A DNA stretch of 64,000 bases. It comes from Anaeramoeba ignava BMAN. Its lineage: Eukaryota; Protista; Anaeramoebae. The notes under the pieces are model-generated. The model did not search any database and had not been told where the DNA came from. It worked only from the letters and a program-made list of their open reading frames with translations. The position numbers were made by a program, and so were the translations under genes. How positions within the stretch are numbered: position 1 is the first letter of the stretch; the number at the start of each line of letters is the position of its first letter. The stretch is from contig JAPDFW010000055.1 in assembly GCA_028826165.1 (NCBI GenBank), forward strand, positions 310,001-374,000, written 5' to 3'. Positions 53,440-64,000 of the stretch are shown piece after piece.

Positions 53440-55266
53440 TCAAAAAATTGAACAATCTTTGTTTTTGATTTTTTGATTTTGAATGTAATTTTGATTATTA
53501 AATTTCTTAATTAATAAATCAAATAAATTTGGATTTGTTTGATTTAATTGAAAATAACCAATTCCTTGTTGAAATTCTGTTGCGATTTCTTGTGTAATTG
53601 GAATTCCATCTTTAATTTGATTTGAATAAATCCAATATTCAAATATTTCAAATGATTTATTACTTAATTCACTATAATCTGTAACTTTATTTGAAGTATC
53701 ATTTGTTACAGATAAAAACATTCTTCGATATAATTCACTTCTCATTATTAATATTAATTTATGAAACCGAAAATTTTTTTCTTTTCTTTCAATTATAAAA
53801 TCTTTTTCATTTTCATTGTAATAAATTCTTTTCATTGTTTCTTCTATTTTTTCATTGGAATTTATAATTTCTTTAATTTCATAATATAATTTTGGATTTA
53901 TTTTGGAGTTATTTGAATAAATCATTTCAAATATTTGATTTGGATTCTTTAATTGATTTGTTTGAAATAATTTCTTTAAGTTTTTCAATTTGATTTTGGT
54001 TTTGATTTAATCTATATTTTAATATTAATTTATGAGCTTCAATTATTTCTCCATTTTGGTTTTAAATGAAATATCACAAAATTCTCTTCTTTGAAATAAT
54101 TTTATCAAATCTTCTTCAAGATTGGAAAAAGGAGAAAGAAAAGGAGAATAATAAAGAAATGATTTTTCATGAGCACAAGAAATATGATAATTAGAAATAT
54201 CTTCATTAAATCTTAATTTAGGAAACATAATTTTAATGGGAATTAATTGATTATTTGTATCTCCAGTTCCTAATTGACCGTAATAATTGTATCCAAATCC
54301 TATCATTTTATAATGAGAAGTTAAAATCAAAGTATGCATATCTCCAACAGAAATTTCAAGAATATTATCATCATTTTCAAATAAAGGTAATTTAACTTGA
54401 GTAAATTCATAAGCATCTTCATCTTCATTTTTTCCAAGTCCATTATATTCATAATTTCCACATGAATAAAGTTTTCTTTTTTCATTTTCATTTTCAATCA
54501 ACATTATTGAATGAAATAACCCAGATTGAATATCAATTATTTTACCTTTTGGAATATTTTGGATTTTGGTTAATTTTTGGATTTTTTTTTCTTTTATTGA
54601 TTCTCCTAATCCAAGTTGGCCATATCTATTATCTCCACATCCAAATAATTCTTGATTTGAATTTAAAAGAAAAGCTGATCTTGAAGTATTTCCTGAAAAT
54701 ATTTTATAAACATTTTTCATCATTAAAATTGGTTTTTCTGTTTTTTTGGGTTTTTTCAAACCAAGTTGAGCATTTCTATTATCACCAATTCCATAAACAT
54801 TTTGATTTGAAGTTAATAAATAAATTGAACGAGCTCCACAAATAATATCCTCAATTATTCTATCATTTGGATGTTCAATTAATGATGAAATATTATAAAG
54901 TTGATTTCTATTTTCTGGATTAATATCTTCTCCTTTAGCAAATAAATTTCCTTCTTTTGTTAAAATAGCATCATTTAGAGAACCAACAGTTACTTTTTGA
55001 ATATTTTCTATTTGCATTTTTTGTGGACTTTTATTTAAATATTCTGAATATTCTATTGCTTTTCCATTTTCAAAAAGAAAAATTGTTGAACAATTACTTG
55101 GTGAAATTTGTTTAATTTGTATTTCATTGAAATTTTCTTTTCGATATTGATATTGATATTCATTTTCATTTTCAAATTTAAATTGAATTGGTTTTGTTAT
55201 TTGATTTGGTTCATTTTTGAAAAGTTTTGGTTTTATATTGATACCAAAATATAAGATTTCATTCAT
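53440..55266 (-). CDS. RCC1-repeat + BTB protein, copy 1 (frameshifts near 54050-53990)
   Basis: GCGDNRYGQLGLG, ISVGDMHTLIL, FGYNYYGQLGTG; BTB DFIIE..FHKLILIMRSELYRRMF; C-terminal CSIF (CaaX-like). Confidence 0.85.
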
Positions 55267-55419
55267 TTTTAAAAAGAAAAAAATGAAAAATTAAAAATGA
55301 AAAAAAATAAAAAAATTTTTAATAAATAAAATCAATTAAATTTTGGATTTGATTTTGATTTAATCAAAAATAATCAATTCCTATTTTGATTTTTGAAAGA
55401 ATTTATTAAGAAATTGTTT

Positions 55420-57239
55420 TCAAAAAATTGAACAATCTTTGTTTTTGATTTTTTGATTTTGAATGTAATTTTGATTATTAAATTTATTAATTAATAAATC
55501 AAATAAATTTGGATTTGTTTGATTTAATTGAAAATAATCAATTCCAATTTGAATTTCATCAATAATTTCTTGTGTAATTTGAATTTCTTCTTTAATTTGA
55601 TTTGAATAAATCCAATATTCAAATATTTGAAATGATTTATTACTTAATTCACTATAATCTGTAACTTTATTTGATTTATCTTCTGTTACGGATAAAAACA
55701 TTCCTCGATATAATTCACTTCTCATTATTAATATTAATTTAGGAAATTTATATTGTTTTTCTTTTCTTTCAATTATAAAATCTTTTTCATTTTCATTTTC
55801 ATTTAAATAAATTCTTTTCATTGTTTCTTCAATTTTTTCATTGGAATTTATAATTTCTTTAATTTCAGAATATAATTTTGGATTTATTATTCTGTTTGAA
55901 TAAATCATTTCAAATATTTGATTTGATTCTTTAATTGATTTTTTTGAAATAATTTCTTTGAAGTTTTTCAATTTTGATTTTGATTTTGATTTAATCTATA
56001 TTTCAATATTAATTTATGAGCTTCAATTATTTCTCCATTTTTGGTTTTAAATGAAATATCACAAAATTCTTTTCTTCTAAATAATTTTATCAAATCTTCT
56101 TCAAGATTGGAAAAAGAAGGAGGGGAATAATAAATAAATGATCTATCATGACCACAAATAACATGATAATTGGAAATATTTTCATTAAATCTTAATTTAG
56201 GAAGTTCAATTTGAATTGGAATTAATTGATTATTTGTATTTCCAGTTCCTAATTGACTATAATTATTTCCTCCAAATCCAATTAATTTTGAATTAGAAGT
56301 TAAAATCAAATTATGCATATCTCCAACAGAAAAATCAAGAATATTATCATCATTTTCAAATAAAGATGATTTGATTTCAGTAAATTCATTTGTATCTCCA
56401 TTTTTTTTGCCAAGTCCATTATATTCCCGACATCCACATGAATAAAGTTTTCTTTTTGGATTTTCATTTTCATTTTCAATCAACATTATTGAATAATAAT
56501 ATCCACATTGAATATCAATTATTTTGCCTTTTGGAATATTTTGGATTTTAGTTAATTTTTTGATTTTGGTTTCTTCTTTTCTTGATTCTCCTAATCCAAG
56601 TTGCCTCCAATGATTACTGCCACATCCAAATAATTCTTGATTTGAATTTAAAAGAAAAATATGATTTGAAGAATTTCCTGAAAATATTTTAGAAACATTT
56701 TTCATCATTAAAATTGGTTTTTCTGTTTTTTGAAGTGTTTCAGAATCAAATCCAAGTTGGCCTAATTGATTATCACCAATTCCATAAACATTTTGATTTG
56801 AAGTTAATAAGTAAATTGAATTATTTCCAGAAACAATATCTTGAATTATTCTATCATTTGGATCTTCAATTAATGATGAAATATTGATAAATTCATTTGG
56901 ATTTTTTGTATTAATATATTCTCTTTTGGCAAATACATTTCCTTCTATTGTTAAAATAGCTTCATTTTGAGAACCAACAGTTACTTTTTGAATATTTTCA
57001 ATTTGGATTTTTGAAGGATTTGGATTTGAATTTTTTAAATATTCTATTGCTTTTCCATTTTCAAAAAGGAAAATTGTTGCAAAATAACTTGATGAAATTT
57101 GTTTAATTTGTTTTTCATTTTCATTTTCATTTTCATTTTTATTTTCAAATTTAAATTGAATTGGTTTTGTTATTAGATTTGGTTCATTTTTGATAAGTTT
57201 TGGAAAATGATTCCAACCAAAAAATAAACAATCATTCAT
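55420..57239 (-). CDS. RCC1-repeat + BTB protein, copy 2 (frameshift near 55975)
   Basis: Paralogue of copies 1 and 3; ORFs 55968-57239 and 55420-55971; ends CSIF. Confidence 0.85.
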
Positions 57240-57485
57240 TTTTAAAAAAGAAAAAAATGAAAAAATGATTTTGATTTTGATTTTAATTTTAATTTTAATT
57301 TTAATTTTTATTTTAATTTTAATTTTAATTTTAATTTTAATTTTAATTTTAATTTTAATTTTAATTTTAATTTTGATTTTAATTTTAATTTTAATTTTAA
57401 TTTTTAATTTTAATTTTAATTTTAATTTTAATTTTAATTTTTAATTTTAATTTTTTTAATTTTAATTTTGATTTTAATTTTGATT

Positions 57486-59265
57486 TTAATTTTGATTATT
57501 AAATTTCTTAATTAATAAATCAAATAAATTTGGATTTGTTTGATTTAATTGAAAATAATCAATTCCAATTTTAATTTCATTAATAATTTCTTTTGTAATT
57601 TGAATTCCATCTTTAATTTGATTTGAATAAATCCAATATTCAAATATTTGAAATGATTTATTACTTAATTCACTATAATCTGTAACTTTATTAGATTTAT
57701 CTTCAGTTACAGATAAAAACATTCCTCGATATAATTCACTTCTCATTATTAATATTAATTTTGGAAATTTATATTGTTTTTCTTTTCTTTCAATTATAAA
57801 ATCTTTTTCATTTTCATTTTCATTTTCATTTAAATAAATTCTTTTCATTGTTTCTTCAATTTTTTCATTTGAATTTATAATTTCTTTAATTTCAGAATAT
57901 AATTTTGGATTTATTTTGGAATTGTTTGAATAAATCATTTCAAATATTTGATTTGATTCTTTAATTGATTTATTTGAAATAATTTCTTGAAGTTTTTCAA
58001 TTTGATTTTGATTTTGATTTAATCTATATTTCAATATTAATTTATGAGCTTCAATTATTTCTCCATTTTTGGTTTTAAATGAAATATCACAAAATTCTTT
58101 TCTTTCAAATAATTTTATCAAATCTTCTTCAAGATTGGAAAAAGGAGAAAGAAAAAGAGAATAATAAATAAATGATTTATAATATCCACAAGAAACATGA
58201 TAATTGGAAATATTTTCATTAAATCTTAATTTAGGAAGTTCAATTTGAATTGGAATTAATTGAGATTTTGTATCTTCAGTTCCTAATTCACCATAATAAT
58301 TATTTCCAAAACCTATTAATTTTCCATTCGAAGTTAAAATCAAAGTATGCCGAAATCCACAAGAAAAATCAAGAATAATATCATCATTTTCAAATAAAGA
58401 TGATTCGATTTCAGTAAATTCATAAATATTTCCATTTTTTTTGCCAAGTCCATTATATTCCCGACATCCACATGAATAAAGTTTTCTTTTTGGATTTTGA
58501 TCTTCAATCAACATTATTGAATAATAATTCCCACATTGAATATCAATTATTTTACCTTTTGGAATATTTTGTATTTTGGTTAATTTATCAATTTTGGTTT
58601 CTTCTCTTGATTCTCCTAATCCAACTTGACCATCTTCATTTCGTCCGCATCCAAATAATTCTTGATTTGAATTTAAAAGAAAAACATTATATGAATAAAT
58701 TCCTGAAAATATTTTAGAAACATTTTTCATCATTAAAATTGGTTTTTTTGTATTTTTGGGTTTTTTCAAACCAAGTTGAGCATAGAAATTCTCACCAATT
58801 CCATAAGCATTTTGATTTGAAGTTAATAAATAAATTGAACTCCATCCAGAAACAATATCTTCAATTATTCTATCATTTTTATTTTTAATTAATGATGAAA
58901 TATTGATAAATCTATTCGGTTTTTTTGAATTGATATATTTTCCTTTGGCAAATACATTTCCTTCTTTTGTTAAAATAGCTTCATTTTGAGCACCAACAGT
59001 TACTTTTTGAATATTTTCAATTTGGATTTTTGAAGGATTTTGTTTTGAATACGCTTCGTTTAAATATTCTATTGCTTTTCCATTTTTAAAAAGGAAAATT
59101 GTTGAGAATTCTGATGTTGAAATTTGTTTAATTTGTTTTTTCATTTTCATTTTCATTTTCATTTTCATTTTCAAATTTAAATTGAATTGGTTTTGTTATT
59201 TTATTTGGTTCATTTTTGATAAGTTTTGGATTTTGATTTGAACCAAAAAATAAACAATCATTCAT
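57486..59265 (-). CDS. RCC1-repeat + BTB protein, copy 3 (frameshift near 59170)
   Basis: ATG 59265 (MNDCLFFG as in copy 2); ORF 57486-59174 shows RCC1 and BTB in one frame. Confidence 0.87.
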
Positions 59266-59352
59266 TTTTCATTTTTAAAAAAAAAAAAAAATGAATTTTA
59301 ATTTTTAATTTTTCATTTTTTTTTCAATTAATTTTTGTGATAAAAAATTAAA

Positions 59353-62012
59353 ATGGATATTTTGGAAGCTATTACACAAAATGATTTGGAATATTTAAAA
59401 AGCATAAACAATTTTTCAGAAATTGATTTTACAAATGAAATTCAAGGTCATTTCAGTTTCAATGAAATTAAAGAAATATCTTTTGAAATGATTGAACTTC
59501 TGATGAAAAAAGGAATGAACCCAAATTTAATTGATGATTCAGGAATAAATTTTCTACATTTTGCAATAAGAAACAGTTTAGAAATCAAATCTATTATTCT
59601 TTTAATTGAAAAAGGGATTGATATTAATGCAAAAACAAATCAAAATGAAACATCTTTACATTTTGCTTGTAGAAATCAAAACATATCATTTGAAGTTACA
59701 AAATTGTTAATTGAAAAAGGAGTTGATATTAATGCAAAAACAAATCAAAATGAAACAGCTTTACATTTTGCTTGTAGAAATCAAAACATATCATTTGAAG
59801 TTACAAAATTGTTAATTGAAAAAGGAGCTGATATCAATTCAAAAACCAATTATAATGAAACAGCTTTACATTTTGCTTGTAAAAATCAAAACATGTCATT
59901 TGAAGTTACAAAATTGTTAATTGAAAAAGGAGCTGATATCAACATCAAAAATAGTGATGAAGAAACAGCGTTACATAATGCTTGTAGAAATCGAAAAATT
60001 CCATTTGAAATTATTAAATTACTCGTTGAAAATGGAGCTGATATCAATGCAAAAACATGCATTATAGATCTTTTTGGATTTGAGGAATATCCTGCTCTTC
60101 ATTATGCTTATTGGAATCAGCCATTTCAAGTAGTCCAATATTTACTTGAAAAAGGTGCAAATGTTAATAATACTGGAAATGATGGAACAACAATTTTGCA
60201 TAGTGCTTGTGGAAACAATTCAATATCAATTGAACACATAGAATATTTGATTCAAAAAGGTGCTGATATAAACGTGAAATTCAATAACAATCAATCCATA
60301 CTACATTTTCTTCTCAAAAGACGAATTCAAAATTTGGAATTGATTGACTTTTTTATTCAAAAAGGAATTGATATAAATGAAAAACAACTAATAATGAAAC
60401 AGTTCTTCATTTAGCTTGTCAAAATAATTCACTTGAAATTATCAAATATTTGGTTGAAAAAGGAGTTGATATAAATGCAAAAACAAATGATAATGAAACA
60501 GTCCTTCATTTAGCTTGTCAAAATAATTCAATTGAAATTATCAAATATTTGGTTGAAAAAGGAGTTGATATTAATGCAAAAACAAATAATAATGAAACAG
60601 TTCTTCATTTAGCTTGTCAAAATAATTCACTTGAAATTATCAAATATTTGGTTGAAAAAGGAATTGATATAAATGCAAAAACAAACGAAAATGAAACAGT
60701 TATTCATTTAGCTTGTCAAAATAATTCAATTGAAATTATCAAATATTTGGTTGAAAAAGGAATTGATATAAATGCAAAAACAACTAATAATGAAACAGTT
60801 CTTCATTTAGCTTGTCAAAATAATTCAATTGAAATTATCAAATATTTGGTTGAAAAAGGAGTTGATATTAATGCAAAAACAAACGAAAATGAAACAGTTC
60901 TTCATTTAGCTTGCCGATATAAAAATTCTACACTTGAAATTATCAAATATTTGGTTGAAAAAGGAATTGATATTAATGCAAAAACAAATAAGAATGAAAC
61001 ACCTTTACATTATTTGGCAGAAGATCCATTTCATACAACTGATATTTTTGAATATCTAATAGAAAATGGAGCAGACGCAAATATAAAAAACAGCAAAAAT
61101 AAAACACCCTTTTTAATGGTATTACAATCACGAAGACAAACAAATCGAATTAATTTGATCACCTTATTAAAGAACGATTCAAATTTTTACGATTTAAAGT
61201 ATTCCAAAATTACTCTTCTTTTTGCCAAATTTTTTAAACGAATTTACTCATTGAATGAGGATATGAATAATTTATTGAGATCTGATAATAATTTTTCGGA
61301 TTACCGAATTGAATCCAATGATTCCGCAAAATTTTGGGTTCATAAATTAATTTTATTAACAAGATTTGATAATAATGAATCAATTTTACAAAAATTCATC
61401 CAAACTTGTCAACAAAAATCAAAAGAAATTGTTCAATATGCTTTAAATTTTCTCTATACAGGATTTATTGATTTTGGAGATTTAATTGAAAAAATGGATC
61501 AAATAATCGCAAATTCTACAACAAATTCGAATACTTCTCCAAAAGAAAAAAAAGATAAACAACTAATTTCAGAAGGAATCAACCAGAAACAAGAACAATT
61601 AGACCAATTTTTCAAAGAGGTTGGATTTGATTCAAACTGGATTCAATCCAAAAAAGGAAGAAAAGGAATAATAAAAGATTTTTCAAAATTATATCAACAA
61701 GAATCAACAAAAGATTTTACAATCATTTTTGAAGAAGAGAAAAAAATCAAAGTTCACAAATTGATATTAATTTTAAGAAGTGAATTATTCAAAGGAATGT
61801 TTCAATTAAATGTTCAAGATTCATCAAATCAAGTTCATGATTATTCAGGAAAATCATTTGAAACAATTCATCAATTGATTTATTTTTTTTATCATGATGA
61901 ATTTGAAAAAGAAACCAACAAATTTCCACAAGAAATTAAAAAAGAGTTTGATTATTTTAAAGATTATTATCAATTAAATCCAAATTCAATAATTGGTTTT
62001 CCACACAACTAA
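59353..62012 (+). CDS. Intronless ankyrin-repeat + BTB protein with near-identical tandem repeats (frameshift near 60380)
   Basis: ataaatgaaaaacaacta lacks the C of sister repeat ataaatgcaaaaacaacta; joins ORFs 59353-60414 and 60450-62012; tandem BTB at C-terminus. Confidence 0.88.
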
Positions 62013-62049
62013 TTCAGAATAAAACAACGAGAATGAATTTCATTTAATA

Positions 62050-62370
62050 TTTTATTTTATGTTTAAAATAATTTTTATTATTTAGATATTTAAACATATA
62101 AATATAAAAAATGGGAATAGATTTAATTTAATATTTAATTTATAAATTAATTTAAAAATATAATTTAATATTTAATTTTATTATTAAAATAATAATTTAT
62201 TGTTTTAAATTTAAATATTTTATTTATTTTAAATATTTAACATATAAATATAAAAAATAAGAATAGATTTAATTTAATATTTAATTTATAAAATAATTTG
62301 AAAATATAATTTAATATTTAATTTTATTATTAAAATAATAATTTAATGTTTTAGATTTAAATATTTTATT
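62050..62370. repeat. About 150-bp tandem duplication
   Basis: acatataaatataaaaaat..gaatagatttaatttaatatttaatttataa occurs twice. Confidence 0.7.
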
Positions 62371-62863
62371 ATTTAAAAATATTTTGAAAATTGATTTTTG
62401 AAATTAATTTAAAATTAAAAATTTTATTATTTTTTGAATTAAATTTGAATTTAAATATTAATATTTGAAATTTGTTTTAAAAATATAAAAATTTTATTAA
62501 TAATTTTAAAATTCAAAAATTGATTTTTGAAATTTTAAATTAAATTGAAAATAATTTTTGAAAATTTTTTTAAAATTTAAAATAATAATTTTTAAAAAAA
62601 AATTAAATTAAAAATTAAATTAAAATAATTTTCCTTTTTTTTAATAATAAAAATTAATAAAAATAATAATAAATTTTAAAATAATAAATTAAAAAGAAAA
62701 TTAAATTAATTATTAATTTAAATTTATTCTTATTTTTTATATTTTTATTTATTTTCAAAATCCACTTTTTTTATTCATTTTTTTTTCAATTTTTTTTTTC
62801 ATTTTTTTCCTTTTTTTTTAAACACAAAAAACAAAAAAAACAAAAAACAAAAACAAAAACAAA

Positions 62864-64000
62864 ATGGATAATAATAATAATAATAACCAAATTGAAAATG
62901 CAAATCAAAATGCAAATCAAAATGAAATGAAAAATTTAGAAAAAAAAGTAACAAAAAATTTAATTAAAGATTATTCAAACCTTTTAAATGGAAATTCATT
63001 TAAAGATTTTTCAATTTTTGTTGAGAATGAATCAAATCCTTTTGAAATTAAAGTTCATAAATCAATTTTATCTTCAAGATCTTCTTTTTTTAATGAGTTT
63101 TTAAAAGGGAAAAATGAGATTGATAAAATTTTTTTAAATCAATTTAATAAAAAAGAAATGGAATCAATTTTGAGTTATATTTATTATGGAAATATTTCTT
63201 TTGAGAATCAAGAAAATCTTATTCAATTATTAGAAATTTCAATTTATTTTAAATTAAATTTATTGAAAGAAATTATTCAAAAAAAAATTTCAAATTCAAT
63301 TAATTATTCAAATTTTTTCCAATTTTTATTCCAAAATCGAAATTTAAATTCAAATGAAATTGAAGTAAAATGTTTTGAATTAATAAATCAAAATTTTTTC
63401 CAAATTCAAAATAATGAAAATTTATTCAATTTAACTAAAGAAGAAATTATCAAATTTATTCAATTTAAACAAGAAAAAAAAGAAATTTTTCAATTTGATT
63501 TTTTTCAATTTTTAAATAATTGGATTAAAAAAAGAAATAAAAAATTAAAATTAAAGAAATATAAACACCAAATGAATGCAAAGAAAAGATTATTTCATTC
63601 TTTTTTTTCATTATTTGATAAAGATTCAATTTCAAAACAAGATTTTGATAAATTAAAACAATTTCAAATTTTTCTTCCCAAATCTATTTTCATCAAGAAG
63701 CAAAAAAAATTAATTCAAGACAATAAGATTCAAGAAAAGAAAATTCGAAGAGAAAGAAAAGAAAATTAAAAGAAGAGATAAAAGAATCAAATCATTTGAA
63801 TCAGATATTCGAAATTTGAAATCTGAAAATAAGAAGAAAGAAAAGGAAATTGAAGAGAAATGGAAGAAAGAAGTTGATAAAATGAAACCAATTTTTGATA
63901 AATATCGAGATCAATATCAAAAAGATTTGGAATATGAAAAGAAAATGAAAAAACAATTACAAAAGATTTTTTCAGATTCCGAAATTGTTCAAGATATTGA
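62864..64000 (+). CDS. BTB/POZ(-BACK) protein, runs off the window end
   Basis: DFSIFVENESNPFEIKVHKSILSSRSSFF..ILSYIYYG; coding-like sequence continues past an apparent frameshift near 63750. Confidence 0.8.

Noticed and set aside
18480-60385. Frameshifts in many genes as pseudogenes or programmed frameshifting
   Set aside because: Nearly all are single-base losses in or next to homopolymers or short repeats with otherwise intact frames, typical of long-read assembly error; raw reads are needed to be sure.
1-64000. Non-standard genetic code
   Set aside because: Conserved genes (MOB1, TAF12, thioesterase, Lon) translate cleanly with the standard code and end in TAA, TAG or TGA.

Overview
Very AT-rich, intron-containing eukaryotic (protist) genomic DNA. 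The BTB, ankyrin and RCC1 expansions, satellite-filled introns and an intein in Lon suggest an Anaeramoeba-like metamonad (inference). The window holds about 22 protein genes: 4 ankyrin-BTB, 3 tandem RCC1-BTB, 1 BTB-BACK, MOB1, TAF12, acyl-protein thioesterase, RBBP9-type hydrolase, a VARP-like VPS9 protein, a PB1 protein with His/Gly/Met repeats, 2 PAS-coiled-coil proteins, 2 large ScaA-like paralogues, a WD40-like protein, an intein-containing organellar Lon and an HMG-box fragment. It also holds one tRNA-Cys and many satellites. Main discovery, invisible to the ORF track: two minus-strand ankyrin-BTB genes (406-4253 and 8382-12189) encode most ankyrin repeats as a 96-nt exon plus usually two separate single-codon (3-nt) microexons. 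There are 25 microexons in total, all AG-NNN-GT and phase 0, with no stop codons. They supply exactly the two variable beta-hairpin-tip residues (the x-x of D-x-x-G-x-T-P-L-H) on the ankyrin binding surface. Two junctions have one more microexon than slots, and in one the cassette is visibly duplicated with a changed codon, which suggests splice-level diversification of binding specificity. All gene models were read by eye and have no transcript support.
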